Assembly (NCBI GenBank): GCA_963793865.1
Contig: CAWCBP010000001.1
Coordinates: 704,001 to 768,000, forward strand
Direction: 5' to 3'
From: an uncultured delta proteobacterium
Lineage (GTDB): Bacteria; Desulfobacterota; WTBG01
Length of the DNA stretch: 64,000 nucleotides
How positions within the stretch are numbered: position 1 is the stretch's first letter; the number at the start of each line of letters is the position of its first letter. The notes beneath the pieces were generated by a model. The model saw nothing but the letters and a program-made list of their open reading frames with translations. It was not told the DNA's origin and searched no databases. Below, in pieces: positions 47,964 through 58,493 of the stretch. The position numbers were made by a program, and so were the translations under genes.

Positions 47964-48209
47964 TTACATTGCGGCAATCTTTGCATCGATACGCGCCTGA
48001 TGAACGGCATAGACGGGACAGGCGGGGCAGTGGGACTTCATCCACTGAACCATCTGTCCCTTTTGTTCTGCGGGGAGGTGTTCATACATCGGTTTCCAGT
48101 CAAGCTCAACGCAGCCTATCTTCTGCTCGTACGCCGGGCAGGGCCGGCGGGCGTCACCCGCGGCCCTCGCCATACAGGCAGGATTGAGATCGTAGCAGGT
48201 GCCGCCCAT
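47964..48209 (-). CDS. Small Cys-rich protein (81 aa, 6 Cys)
   Basis: RBS aaggag; CY...C...CPAY....GC...CPACPVY. Confidence 0.65.
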   Translation of the reverse strand: MGGTCYDLNPACMARAAGDARRPCPAYEQKIGCVELDWKPMYEHLPAEQKGQMVQWMKSHCPACPVYAVHQARIDAKIAAM

Positions 48210-48251
48210 GATTTCTCCTTCTGCGTGCCGTCGTACACCGCTCAACCCCCG

Positions 48252-49667
48252 TCAATTCTCAGGCGTGCCGACCAGCATGTCACGGAACTTGTTGAGAGAA
48301 TTTACTATTGCGAGCGTTTCGTTCAGTCCTTCGATAATCAGCTTGCACGATTGGGTGGCGCCGGTCAGGGCATCGACATCCTTGCGAAGGGCTAAAGGAA
48401 GCCCGGTGCCGGCACGAGTGATCAAATCCTGCAAAAAAATATCCGCATCAATGGGCACGCCGTACAGGTCAATGGGTTCGATCAGAACGATGTTTTTAAT
48501 CGTGCCTGTCTGGTCGAAGGCATAGACGAAATGCACGTTGGTGCACACATCGCACAGGACATCCTTGAACACCTCGCGAACGAGAATCTTTTCATTGCTG
48601 CCTGACGTGCCGATATACACCGGCATATTGTTGTCCAGGATGATTTTATTGAATTGGTGAACGCCGGGGGCGACCGCCTGAATGTACTTCATGAGCTCCG
48701 CCTCCGGAAGCTCTTCCCTGAAATAGCTCTTGAGCTTGGTCAGTATGGACATGAGATTGGCAAGCGACAGCTGATCGCTGATATAGCGAATGGCGCCGTT
48801 CTTGTTAATGATAAAGGACTTGGGCATGGCATCAACGCCATAGCGTGCGGCAACCGTACCGTCGGTATCAAGCAGCAGCGGAAAGGTGACGTGATATTTT
48901 TGCCTGAACTGATCCACCGACTCCGGGCTGTCTTTGACAGCTATGCGGATGATGTTGAGATCCTCGCGGGTATATTCCTTGTACAGGGATTTCATGATCT
49001 CGACCACCTGGTGCACGGTCTGATTGTGAACCGACAGGAAGGTAATCAGGGTCTGCTTTTGGCCGATGGTATCGTACAGCCGGAAGGTTTCGCCTCCGGT
49101 GCCGCTGAGGGTAAAATCAGGCGCCTTGTTCCAGAGCCCTGCACCCACAAGCGATTTGTCCTGCATGATCTCATCCATGGCTGACTGAAAGGCCCGGTAA
49201 TCTCCTATTTTACCGCGATAGCGTATGGTGCCGGTTGTGTCGATGATATCCACCAGGGGGACCGTGTAGACGTAAAAGCTTTTGTAGATCTCCTGCTGCG
49301 GGTCGGGAATCAGGGTGAATTCGGGCTTAAAGTTGCGCTGAAATTCAAGCACCTCCTTGCTGTCATTTCCAATGGCAATGCCCAAAATTATCAGGTCTTT
49401 GTTGTTGCGCTGAATGGTATTGACCAGAGGAACTTCCTCGCGGCAGGTATGACAGTACACGTTAAAATGGAACAGCATAACTGTCTTGTGGGAAAACCGG
49501 GAGAGTGACACAACAGCGCCGGTGACATCCCTGGCTGAAAAATCAGGGGCCGATTCGCCCACCATGTCTGCTGAAACCGGCCGGGGGAGGATGCACAGGA
49601 GAGCAAACAGCATCAGCCCCTGCCGGAACGGCAATGGCCTGCCGATGTCAGGGTATGGGCTGTTCAT
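48252..49667 (-). CDS. Exported protein with two redoxin (TlpA/AhpC-like) domains and a C-terminal FMN-binding-like domain
   Basis: APDF twice; YCHTC in domain 1, no CxxC in domain 2; CDVC; VDALTGATQS flavinylation-type motif. Confidence 0.75.
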   Translation of the reverse strand: MNSPYPDIGRPLPFRQGLMLFALLCILPRPVSADMVGESAPDFSARDVTGAVVSLSRFSHKTVMLFHFNVYCHTCREEVPLVNTIQRNNKDLIILGIAIGNDSKEVLEFQRNFKPEFTLIPDPQQEIYKSFYVYTVPLVDIIDTTGTIRYRGKIGDYRAFQSAMDEIMQDKSLVGAGLWNKAPDFTLSGTGGETFRLYDTIGQKQTLITFLSVHNQTVHQVVEIMKSLYKEYTREDLNIIRIAVKDSPESVDQFRQKYHVTFPLLLDTDGTVAARYGVDAMPKSFIINKNGAIRYISDQLSLANLMSILTKLKSYFREELPEAELMKYIQAVAPGVHQFNKIILDNNMPVYIGTSGSNEKILVREVFKDVLCDVCTNVHFVYAFDQTGTIKNIVLIEPIDLYGVPIDADIFLQDLITRAGTGLPLALRKDVDALTGATQSCKLIIEGLNETLAIVNSLNKFRDMLVGTPEN

Positions 49668-49731
49668 TGCGGTGGAATACCTCCGTCCAGTCACCGGTTG
49701 ATGATAAGCCGTCTGTCCGCTGTCTAAACAG

Positions 49732-50136
49732 TTATTTGACCTGAATTGTGCCGGGTATGCTTTTGGAACCCCGTTTAACGGTATAGCTGAAGTCGCCCTT
49801 CTGAACCAGGCAGATACTGTCCGTTTTGCCGAATCCGATTTTGAAGAACAGACCCTGTTCGGTGCTGCCGCCGGGGAGGGGCGATCCGTTCAGGCAGGTG
49901 GCCATCTCCCTGTTGGCGAATAGGATTTCAGCATTATCCTGCGCCTCATTTACCCAGATAACCACCGTGCCCTGGTTAATGATGGCGCGGGCCGGCTCTA
50001 TGCTGTCGGCCAATAGTCGTATGACCGTATATTTCATGGTTGCTTCCTCATCGCCCTGCGCAAGCGAAGCGGCGGGGAAAAGGAAGGCGCAGATCAATAA
50101 GCCGATGATCAGATTCAAAAGGTGCTTCACATTCAT
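49732..50136 (-). CDS. Secreted cupredoxin-fold-like hypothetical protein
   Basis: Signal peptide; P....I..GTVVIWVN...G.F.Y.V......GTIQV; no type-1 Cu ligands visible. Confidence 0.6.
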   Translation of the reverse strand: MNVKHLLNLIIGLLICAFLFPAASLAQGDEEATMKYTVIRLLADSIEPARAIINQGTVVIWVNEAQDNAEILFANREMATCLNGSPLPGGSTEQGLFFKIGFGKTDSICLVQKGDFSYTVKRGSKSIPGTIQVK

Positions 50137-50389
50137 TGCATGCTCCTGGTGAGAATTGACAGCCTGAGGTACATGATAAAGCGGAGAGCCGGACCAGCCA
50201 CGGTTGTACCATGTGTGCTGTCGCTATAATACAGAAGTGACACGATTAAAGCAACAGATAGTTTTATCTGCCGGGACCATGGACTGCATGAACCGGAGGC
50301 CTCGGGAATAAACACGTGCATGCCCAGCGCACAGCCACCCTGGAATCGGGCTCGATGGTAACGGCCGGATGCGGCAGGCACAATAAAAC

Positions 50390-50417
50390 TTGACATTCTC
50401 ATACTAATCGCTATGAT
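50390..50417 (+). promoter_or_regulatory. Putative sigma70 promoter of rpoZ
   Basis: TTGACA-16 nt-TATGAT. Confidence 0.5.
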
Positions 50418-50558
50418 GCGATGCTTACCGGATGCAGCGGCCCGGCGTTGTTCCGGTATGAAGTGATGGTCAAAGGCAATTTCCCCGCGTGGCGGCAAAC
50501 GCCCGGAGAAGGGGAACAATTACAGTGATTGAAACCCCGGAGCAGGAAGGCAGGCGCA

Positions 50559-50768
50559 ATGGCACGGATAACCGTTGAAGATTGCTTGGAGAAGGTAGAT
50601 AACCGGTTTGGGATTATTCACCTGGCGGCACAGCGGGTGCGTCAGTTAAACCGCGGTTCCCGCAGGACCGTCAGCTGTAAGAATGAAAATGTTGTCACCG
50701 CCCTTCGCGAGATCGCCGCAGGGCAGGTGACCATGGAAGCCCGGAAGCAAAAGGCAGGCAAGAATTAG
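50559..50768 (+). CDS. rpoZ: RNA polymerase omega subunit
   Basis: [14 protein letters not shown]...A.QR.RQL...V.ALREIA.G. Confidence 0.95.
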   Translation: MARITVEDCLEKVDNRFGIIHLAAQRVRQLNRGSRRTVSCKNENVVTALREIAAGQVTMEARKQKAGKN

Positions 50769-51154
50769 TGCGCCAGCAGACTTCCGACCGCAGTCAGTAA
50801 TTCATGCGTGTTAAACGGTTTGGCAAGCGCTGTATAGGAAACACCGCCCACCTTATAGTTTGTCTCCAGCGCTCCTTCCTCCCGGATCAGAATCCCCGAG
50901 ATGAACAGGATGGGAATGTTGCGTGTCGCAGGATTTTCCTGCAGTATTTTTACCGTCTCGGCTCCGTCAAGGTCGGGCATCAAAATGTCCATGATGATAA
51001 GGTCGGGCCGGTATTTTTTTGTCTTCCTGATGGCCCCGCCTCCGCTTTTAGCCGTGACTACCTCGTAACCGTTGCTCAATAGAATTTCAGCCATTAAACC
51101 CAGTATCCGTTCCTCGTCATCGACCGCAAGAATTTTCTTGAGTGCCATAGCCAT
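50765..51154 (-). CDS. Single-domain response regulator
   Basis: AVDDE, MDILMP, FISG, LAKPF. Confidence 0.9.
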   Translation of the reverse strand: MAMALKKILAVDDEERILGLMAEILLSNGYEVVTAKSGGGAIRKTKKYRPDLIIMDILMPDLDGAETVKILQENPATRNIPILFISGILIREEGALETNYKVGGVSYTALAKPFNTHELLTAVGSLLAH

Positions 51155-51169
51155 GCCGGGTGATGGGAA

Positions 51170-51757
51170 TTACTGTTTTTTGCTGATGGTTTCCTCTTGC
51201 ACATGAAGGGTTTGCAGGGCATCTGAGAAATCTTCATCCTCGAGGAGGATGGTTCCGTCTTCTGCGGTTTGAATTGAGGTGATGCCGGGATATTTTTTTT
51301 CGATGTCCTCCAGCAGGCTTGATTGTCGTTTCAGAGTATCGTTGAGCCGTTCGTTTTCGAGCATCACGTCATGATACTGCAATGCCGTGCGCATGGTCAT
51401 CTTAAGCTCGTCAGTGTGCCAGGGCTTCAGCATGAAGCGGTAGATTTCCCCCTGGTTGATGGAACCGATGGAGATTTTAAGATCGCCGTGCCCGGTTATA
51501 AGAATGGGCACCATGTGCGGTACCTGCGACTTTATTTTATGGAGCAATTCAACACCGCACATGCCCGGCATCATGTAGTCGGAGACCACGATTTCAGGAG
51601 AAAAGCTTTGAATGACCTCCAGCGCCTCGTGGCCGCCATGAGCTTTTTCTACAACGTAGCCTTCATCGGACAAAATGCTGTCCAGGCAGTCAAGGGCATC
51701 CGGATCATCATCAATAATAAGGACTTTTCTGCCGGCCATATTTTCCCTGCTGAACAT
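51170..51757 (-). CDS. Response regulator with coiled-coil C-terminus
   Basis: IIDDD, SDYMMP, IYRFMLKPW. Confidence 0.9.
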   Translation of the reverse strand: MFSRENMAGRKVLIIDDDPDALDCLDSILSDEGYVVEKAHGGHEALEVIQSFSPEIVVSDYMMPGMCGVELLHKIKSQVPHMVPILITGHGDLKISIGSINQGEIYRFMLKPWHTDELKMTMRTALQYHDVMLENERLNDTLKRQSSLLEDIEKKYPGITSIQTAEDGTILLEDEDFSDALQTLHVQEETISKKQ

Positions 51758-51866
51758 TGCTTACAGCTTCCGTACCAGTATGAGCATACGTTGGTAATTA
51801 TCGGTACTTACCCTGATAAACTTAATACTTTTTACAAAGATATTATTTCAGTCCTTGTCCAAAAAC

Positions 51867-52020
51867 GAGATTGCCGCGCGGAGTTTATCCTGAGCGAATC
51901 AAAGAGGAGATTCTTCGGCCTACGCCTAAGAATGACAAAGCGAAGGGCTCGCAACCACAAAATCAAGGGATGACGCCCCAATAGGGTCGTTGCGAGGAGC
52001 ATAAGCGACGCAGCAATCCC
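51867..52020. repeat. Nested cluster of REP-like palindromic elements (GTCATTGCGAG / GTCATTCTGAG types)
   Basis: gagattgccgcgc[...tttatcctgagcga[gagattcttcgg...aagaatgac]gcgaagg]gctcgcaaccac, then inverted partner gtcgttgcgaggagc...gcgacgcagcaatccc. Confidence 0.6.
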
Positions 52021-52109
52021 ATATGAAAAGATTAATAAAATCAAAGGATATTTGCAGTTTTAATGAGGCAAGGTTAAGCGGGGGATCGGATGAGATCTCA
52101 ATGGTGATG

Positions 52110-52370
52110 TTATCGGTCGAGGAATTGAAGCGAAGGATCCTCCCGTGAGGTTTTGCTTCCCACCGGCGATCCGCAGCGGGCGCAGAGATAATCATATTTT
52201 TCTCCCTCCGGCAGAACAAGGAGCAGCTTCTTTCGAACCGGCACCGCTTGCTTGCATTTGACACAGAACAGTGAGGAAGCCTCCAGTTCCTCGAATTGCC
52301 GGGCCTGATGGGGGGGGGTGCGCCGGCCGGCGCGCATTGTTTTTTTTAGTCCGTCAATTACGTTTTTCAT
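52110..52370 (-). CDS. Small zinc-ribbon protein
   Basis: RBS gagg; CVKC and CARC pairs. Confidence 0.7.
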   Translation of the reverse strand: MKNVIDGLKKTMRAGRRTPPHQARQFEELEASSLFCVKCKQAVPVRKKLLLVLPEGEKYDYLCARCGSPVGSKTSREDPSLQFLDR

Positions 52371-52458
52371 TGCCTCTCCGACGGTTGTTCATGTTTTGCA
52401 GGTTTTCCCGGTGCGCCGGACCTCTTCACACGCTGAGGCTAAAAGGCGGGCAACACCC

Positions 52459-52809
52459 TTACCCATGAGTTCTGCCATAGTCATCTTCAAGACGGATGAT
52501 ATCGTCCTCTTCGCAACCGCTTCCCGTCTGCACCTCGATGAAAACCACCGCTTCGCTGCCCCTGCTGGCTACCCGGTGCGCACTCCCGCAGGGAATGTCC
52601 ATGTGCTCCCCCGGTTTGAGCTCCATCTCGCGGCCGTTAAGGGTGATGGCGGCGGTGCCGCTCACGATGAACCAATGCTCTGAGCGCCTGCTGTGCTTTT
52701 GATAGCTCAGGCGGTGGCCCTGGTTAACCGTGATTCTCTTTACCTTGTAGCCTCGGGCGTCGGCCAAGACCTCCCATCCGCCCCATGGTGTTGTGACCGA
52801 TTGCGGCAT
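52459..52809 (-). CDS. Phosphomannose isomerase type II C-terminal cupin protein
   Basis: PWG, KVKRI.V, LSYQKH..RSEHW, IEVQTG...EDDIIRLEDDYGR. Confidence 0.9.
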   Translation of the reverse strand: MPQSVTTPWGGWEVLADARGYKVKRITVNQGHRLSYQKHSRRSEHWFIVSGTAAITLNGREMELKPGEHMDIPCGSAHRVASRGSEAVVFIEVQTGSGCEEDDIIRLEDDYGRTHG

Positions 52810-52885
52810 TGGTGTTTCCTCGCCGGGATGCCACCAGAAGCGCCGGCAGAAATAATTTTAAGATCATTATAGCACAGCATGATAA

Positions 52886-53848
52886 TCATGCCAGCTGTTT
52901 TTGCAGCACCAGGCATGCCCACTCTCCCTGCAGCACGGTATCCAGCAGCAGATATTTTTTGGATGAAAACGCGGTTTCGAGTTTGTGGGCATCTTCGGCC
53001 AGGATGCCTGAAAGGACAAGGAACCCCCGACTGCTTAACCGCTTGAGCAGGTCCTTGCGAAGCTTGAGCAGGATTTCGGAAAGGATATTTGCGGCTATGA
53101 GGTCGAAGCGCTCTCCTATCCGTTCCAGCGGGCAGTCGCGAACCTGCACCCGGTGATTCACTCCGTTGATGACCGCATTCTTTCCGGCATAGCTCAGGGC
53201 AACGGGGTCTATATCAATTCCGACAATGTTTTTGATGCCCAGTTTTGCGGCTGCAATACTCAAAATACCCGATCCGGTTCCGACGTCGAGCATGCTGTCC
53301 GGAAGAGGAGAAGACCGGCGGACCAGGTCTTCTATGACTTCCAGGCACATCCTGGTGGTAGGGTGAGTGCCGGTTCCGAAAGCCATGCCCGGGTCCATTT
53401 CTATCAGGATATCCCCCGTCCGGGGGGTGTATGCCTCCCAGGAGGGCTTGATAACCATACGGCTGCCGATCCTGCAGGTGCTGAAATGCTTCTGCCACTC
53501 CCGGCTCCAATCCTCCTCGCGGATGAGCTTGAGCGCCACCCGCGGACTGTCGATCAGTCCGTGAATATCGGTTAGGGCGGCACAATACCGATGCAGCGCC
53601 CCGATGTGCCGGTGCCCCTGCTCATCGTTTTTAAGGTACGCGGTTACCCGGCGCCATTCCCCTTGGTTCGCGGCGGGCATTCCTTCCGGGGGATCGGGAA
53701 TCTCACCGTCGGTGACAACACCATCGGCGCCGTGCTCCATGAGAAAGTTGGCCAGCGCATCCTGCAGGTGTTTGCCAAGGTCGACGGAGATTTCAACCCA
53801 TTGCTCATCCGCCGCCGGCATCTCTTCTGCGTCAGGAATGTGTTTCAT
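52886..53848 (-). CDS. prmA: Ribosomal protein L11 methyltransferase
   Basis: EEDW...W, DPGMAFGTGTHPTT, LDVGTGSGIL, ANIL, LSGIL. Confidence 0.95.
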   Translation of the reverse strand: MKHIPDAEEMPAADEQWVEISVDLGKHLQDALANFLMEHGADGVVTDGEIPDPPEGMPAANQGEWRRVTAYLKNDEQGHRHIGALHRYCAALTDIHGLIDSPRVALKLIREEDWSREWQKHFSTCRIGSRMVIKPSWEAYTPRTGDILIEMDPGMAFGTGTHPTTRMCLEVIEDLVRRSSPLPDSMLDVGTGSGILSIAAAKLGIKNIVGIDIDPVALSYAGKNAVINGVNHRVQVRDCPLERIGERFDLIAANILSEILLKLRKDLLKRLSSRGFLVLSGILAEDAHKLETAFSSKKYLLLDTVLQGEWACLVLQKQLA

Positions 53849-54064
53849 GGTTTCGAGCGGTTGCGTTCCTTCATCAGGCAGGGAACGAACAAGAAACAGT
53901 ACATGATATTACGTTGGGATTTACCTGTACCAGAAACGGGATTGGCAGGCAAGCATAAGATGCGGGCATGGCCGGCGGTTTTGCTTGACTTAGTGTACGG
54001 GGAAAGGTAATTTTGCTCAATCCGGGTGATGCGGCGCCGCGGGTGATGCAGTGGTGGCACTGGT

Positions 54065-54712
54065 ATGAAAATAGCGGAAATTTTCAGCAGCATACAGGGA
54101 GAGTCAACCTTCTCGGGTTTGCCCTGCACGTTTATTCGTGTCGCGGGGTGCAATCTGAGCTGCAGCTATTGCGACACGCCCTATGCCCGTGAGGGGGGTG
54201 AGGAATGCACGCCGGAGCAGGTATGCCGCGCGGTGAAGGAAGCGGGGATTTCACTGGTTGAGCTTACCGGCGGGGAGCCTCTCCTGCAGGATGAGTCATA
54301 CCGGATCATGGATAGCCTGCTCAATGATGGATACCGGGTCCTGCTTGAGACAAACGGCAGCCTGAGTCTTGAGAAGGTGGATCAGCGGGTGGTAAAAATC
54401 ATGGACCTGAAATGCCCGGGCAGCGGCATGTCCGATCATATGGCGTTTTCCAACATCTCCTGCCTGCGGCCCGAAGACGAAGTAAAATTTGTCATCAGCG
54501 ATGCGCGTGATTTTGATTGGGCAGTCAGGATCATCAGGGACCATGGCCTTGTGCAACGGTGTAACCTGCTTATCTCGCCGTTGCAGCCCAACCTCAAGCC
54601 GTCGGTTGCGGCGGGCTGGATACTGCGGGAAAAGCTGCCCCTGCGCCTGCAGCTGCAGTTGCACACGCTGATCTGGCCTGATAAGCTGCCGGGCCGGGAT
54701 CGCGGCTATTGA
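54065..54712 (+). CDS. queE: 7-carboxy-7-deazaguanine synthase (radical SAM)
   Basis: EIF.SIQGE, GCNLSCSYCDT, TGGEPLLQ, ETNG, QLQLH. Confidence 0.88.
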   Translation: MKIAEIFSSIQGESTFSGLPCTFIRVAGCNLSCSYCDTPYAREGGEECTPEQVCRAVKEAGISLVELTGGEPLLQDESYRIMDSLLNDGYRVLLETNGSLSLEKVDQRVVKIMDLKCPGSGMSDHMAFSNISCLRPEDEVKFVISDARDFDWAVRIIRDHGLVQRCNLLISPLQPNLKPSVAAGWILREKLPLRLQLQLHTLIWPDKLPGRDRGY

Positions 54713-54826
54713 CCGCCGGCGCCATTGCGCGCAGCCGGCTCAACAGGCGGTAAGCATCAGCGAATGGGGATTTCAGGGTTTTGTAACCGGCGGTGACAGG
54801 GATAACGTTCATGAAGCGCTACGGGG

Positions 54827-56437
54827 ATGCAGATGAATATTAAAACCGATTTTCTGGTGCTGGGCAGCGGGATTGCCGGCTTAAGCTTTGCCTTAAAGGC
54901 GTGTGAGCACGGTTCGGTGGCAATCGTCACCAAGAAGGAAAAAATCGAGTCCAGCACCAATTACGCCCAGGGCGGCATAGCCACCGTGCTCGGTTCCGAT
55001 GACTCGTTTGAGCTGCATATCGCTGACACCCTGACCGTCGGCTGCGGCCTTTCAGATCCGTCGGTGGTGGAGAGCGTGGTGGGCGACGGACCCGAGCGGA
55101 TTGCGGAGCTGGTGAAATGGGGAGTCAACTTTTCCAGGAACAGCAGCCGGAGGAACAGCACGTATGACCTTGGCAGGGAAGGGGGCCACAGCAGAAGAAG
55201 AATTGTGCACGCCCAGGACCTGACCGGCCGCGAGGTGGAAAGAATACTGGTAAAAAGCGTCGAATCAAAAAAGAACATCAGGATCTATGAAAATTTCTTC
55301 GCGGTTAATCTTATAACCCGTTCCGCGGTGAAGGGTGCCGGCGGGAGGGGGGGCGTCTGCTACGGTGCATATGTGCTGGACAGGAATAGCCGCGAGGTTC
55401 ATACCTTCTGCGCCAAGGCGACGCTGCTGGCAACTGGCGGGGTGGGAAAGGTTTACCTTTACACCAGCAACCCGGACATATCCACCGGTGATGGCATTGC
55501 CATGGCCTACCGGGCCGGCGCGAGGATAGCCAACATGGAGTTTATCCAGTTTCATCCCACCTGCCTGTATCATCCCCGGGCAAAGAACTTTTTGATTTCG
55601 GAGGCCCTGCGGGGGGAGGGGGGGGTGCTGCGACTGACGGACGGCACCCCGTTTATGGATAGTTACCATCCTTTGAAGAGCCTGGCGCCCCGGGACGTGG
55701 TGGCGCGGGCCATTGACAGCGAATTGAAGAAAAGCGGGGCGGAATATGTGCTGCTGGATATGACCGCGAAGAGCAGGGCATTTCTCAAGCGGCGATTTCC
55801 CAACATCTACGGCACCTGTAAATCACTGGGCATGGACATGGCCTCAGAGCCCATACCGGTCGTTCCCGCGGCCCACTATTTATGCGGCGGCGTCGTGACC
55901 GACCTCAATGGAGAGACAAACGTCAGGAGGCTGTATGCCTGCGGCGAGGTGGCCTGCACCGGCCTGCACGGCGCAAACCGCCTGGCGAGCAATTCGCTGC
56001 TTGAGGCGCTGGTGTTTGCGCACCGCAGCGCCATCAAGGCTGTGGAGGATGTGCGTGAGTCCGGATTGCGATTTCCGGCCATAAAGCCCTGGGATCCGGG
56101 CAAGGCGGTGGATATAGACGAATCGGTGGTGATTTCCCATAACTGGGATGAAATACGGCGGCTGATGTGGCACTACGTTGGCGTGGTCAGGTCGAATAAA
56201 CGGCTGGCCAGGGCGCACCGGCGCATATCCCTGCTGCGGAAGGAAATCACCCGGTATTATTGGGATTTTATTGTAACCGCCGATCTGCTGGAGCTGAGGG
56301 ACATCGCGCTGGTATCAGAACTGATCATACGCTGCGCGCTCATGCGGAAGGAGAGCCGGGGGCTGCATTATACCCTGGATTACCCCGGGAAGGATGACCG
56401 GCATTTCAAGAGAAATACCGTGATAATAAAGCGCTAA
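54827..56437 (+). CDS. nadB: L-aspartate oxidase
   Basis: GSGIAG, YAQGGI, REGGHS, QFHPT, SEALRGEG, PAAHY, GLHGANRLASNSLLE, ESRGLH. Confidence 0.96.
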   Translation: MQMNIKTDFLVLGSGIAGLSFALKACEHGSVAIVTKKEKIESSTNYAQGGIATVLGSDDSFELHIADTLTVGCGLSDPSVVESVVGDGPERIAELVKWGVNFSRNSSRRNSTYDLGREGGHSRRRIVHAQDLTGREVERILVKSVESKKNIRIYENFFAVNLITRSAVKGAGGRGGVCYGAYVLDRNSREVHTFCAKATLLATGGVGKVYLYTSNPDISTGDGIAMAYRAGARIANMEFIQFHPTCLYHPRAKNFLISEALRGEGGVLRLTDGTPFMDSYHPLKSLAPRDVVARAIDSELKKSGAEYVLLDMTAKSRAFLKRRFPNIYGTCKSLGMDMASEPIPVVPAAHYLCGGVVTDLNGETNVRRLYACGEVACTGLHGANRLASNSLLEALVFAHRSAIKAVEDVRESGLRFPAIKPWDPGKAVDIDESVVISHNWDEIRRLMWHYVGVVRSNKRLARAHRRISLLRKEITRYYWDFIVTADLLELRDIALVSELIIRCALMRKESRGLHYTLDYPGKDDRHFKRNTVIIKR

Positions 56438-57303
56438 ACGGCATCAGGCATTTTAAGTCCGATGAAAGCCCCGAAGCGCCCGGTAATTTTTGCCTCCCTC
56501 CGGTATGAGAAAAACAGATCCGTATTGCAGGAGGTGCAGATTCCCGCGGAACGTATGTGACCTTCCTGTACACCCGCCGCCATAAGCTGCTTCCGGTTTG
56601 CCTCCCATAAATTAAACGTGAGCCGCCCGCTGCCCGGTGCGGTGACAAAACAGTGTTCACTCAGGGGTAATTCCCTGACGGCCAGGTCCGCCATGCCGGC
56701 GTCGACATGATAGCAGCACGGGCCAATGGAGGGTCCGATCACCACCAGCGTCTCCTCAGGCCGACACTTGAATTGGTCGGCGAGAAGCTCAATCATTGAT
56801 TGCCCGATGCGGGCAAGCGTTCCCTTCCATCCGGCATGAGCGATACCCACGGTGCGCCTTGTCTGGTTGAAAAAAAGCAGGGGGACACAGTCCGCATAGC
56901 GGGCCATAAGGGTGATGCCGGGAACGTTGGTTGCAAGCCCGTCTGTTGCGGGAACGGTCTTTTCAGGGAGAAAACAGCCGCGCGTGAGGTAGGATTCATC
57001 GATGAGGGCAATCGAGTTGTGATGGATCTGCTGACAGGCCACCAGCGAGGAAAGGTCGAATGAGAGCAGCCGGCTTACGCGCCGATAGTTCTGCCGCACC
57101 CGGTCGGGACGGTCCCCCACATCAAAAGAAAGGTTAAGGCTTTGGTATGGACCGGTGCTCCCTCCGCCGTGCCTGGTGGATATGCCGTGCAGCAGCTCAT
57201 GGAACGGCGCAAGATTCGACGCTTGCAAAACGGAGGGCGTGTGCGGATGGTTTCTTAACATGCTATGCGGCCGGCAGACCGGCATCATCGGACATGACAG
57301 CAT
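56434..57303 (-). CDS. pgeF: YfiH/PgeF-family protein
   Basis: STR.GG.S, Q.H, ADCVP, HAGWKG, GPSIG.CCY, FFSYRR; true start may be further downstream. Confidence 0.9.
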   Translation of the reverse strand: MLSCPMMPVCRPHSMLRNHPHTPSVLQASNLAPFHELLHGISTRHGGGSTGPYQSLNLSFDVGDRPDRVRQNYRRVSRLLSFDLSSLVACQQIHHNSIALIDESYLTRGCFLPEKTVPATDGLATNVPGITLMARYADCVPLLFFNQTRRTVGIAHAGWKGTLARIGQSMIELLADQFKCRPEETLVVIGPSIGPCCYHVDAGMADLAVRELPLSEHCFVTAPGSGRLTFNLWEANRKQLMAAGVQEGHIRSAGICTSCNTDLFFSYRREAKITGRFGAFIGLKMPDAV

Positions 57304-57314
57304 TCCCCTGGTGA

Positions 57315-58235
57315 TTATCCCTGGTCCTTGATCAGCCTGGCAAGCCGCAGCACGGCTTCCGTATAGGCCCCGCTGTTATTGTATTGTCTGATGACCTCTT
57401 TTTTGCGCGTATCCGGCGCGTCCATGGTCCAGCCGTGACGCTTGAGATAATTGGCAACGCTGGTTATGGCATCATAGCGATCATGCAGGCTGACCTTCCC
57501 ATCGCTGTTGCCGTCAAGCGCATAGCGCAGATAGCTTGAGGGTAAAAACTGGGACATGCCGAAGGCGCCTGCCCAGGAACCCCTGAAGCTGAAAACATCC
57601 GCACGTTCACTGAGCGCAATGGTCAGCAGGGATTTGAGCTCCTGATACGCCCACTCGGCCTTTTTTTGCGCCCGCCCCTCGATTTCCGTCCTGCCGAGGC
57701 GGGGATATTCTCCGCCAATCCGCTCCTTCATGCTGTCCAGGACTTCGGGGGTTGCGGCAAGCGAAAGGGTGGAAAACACGTTGAAGACAATGTTGCTTCC
57801 CGCGTTCCTGCCGAATGCCGATTCTATGTACAGAATGGAAACAATAATTTCCTTGTCTACCTGATACAGCTGCTCCACCCCGTTCAGGTAGGTTGCTTCG
57901 TCAGTCAGGAAACGCCGCGCCTGCGTGACCGAAGGTATGCTGGTAAACCGGGAATAGTCGGCATCACGGTATTTGCTGGTCAGATTGGTGTAGAGCACAT
58001 CCGGGAGGAACCGGGTGCGCGGGTCCTTAAAAACCGATGTGAGATAAACCCTGTCAAACCCCTCACCCGCAAGCCGGCCGATAAGGCCGTCATAGTTTTG
58101 GCTGAGCAGGGATGAAGATGTGGAAACGGCAGGGGGCGCCATGTCAGGCGCGGCCGCCGGCACGCAGGTGAGAGCAAGGCAGCACATGAACAGCAAACTC
58201 TGGAGCCGGATAAGGATCAGCATGTGTCTATGCAA
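57315..58235 (-). CDS. Lytic murein transglycosylase (MltB family)
   Basis: IESAFG, GSWAGAFGMSQFLPSSY, DGNSDG, SVANYL..HGW, YNNS. Confidence 0.9.
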   Translation of the reverse strand: MHRHMLILIRLQSLLFMCCLALTCVPAAAPDMAPPAVSTSSSLLSQNYDGLIGRLAGEGFDRVYLTSVFKDPRTRFLPDVLYTNLTSKYRDADYSRFTSIPSVTQARRFLTDEATYLNGVEQLYQVDKEIIVSILYIESAFGRNAGSNIVFNVFSTLSLAATPEVLDSMKERIGGEYPRLGRTEIEGRAQKKAEWAYQELKSLLTIALSERADVFSFRGSWAGAFGMSQFLPSSYLRYALDGNSDGKVSLHDRYDAITSVANYLKRHGWTMDAPDTRKKEVIRQYNNSGAYTEAVLRLARLIKDQG

Positions 58236-58339
58236 CAGGTGATTGAAAGGTTACCCGTACTGTGAAGCGCTGAGCTGCCGGCGAGCTGAGGAGATCAGCC
58301 AAGAGCGGCAAGAACATTCTATTTCCCGGAACCATATTG

Positions 58340-58493
58340 AGCAGGCTGTTGAAAAACGCCCATCTGCTGCGTTACACTCATCCTTCGTCATTGCAGCGTA
58401 CTCATATGTACGCCTCATTCCTCAGGATTTCGTGTGCCTTGCATCTGCGATGTTTTTGAACAGCCTGCGAACCTATTTTTTCAACAACCTGTT
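58340..58493 (-). mobile_element. MITE-like element with terminal inverted repeats
   Basis: AGCAGGCTGTTGAAAAA...TTTTTCAACAACCTGTT, with an extra internal end copy TTTTTGAACAGCCTGC; no coding capacity. Confidence 0.7.
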
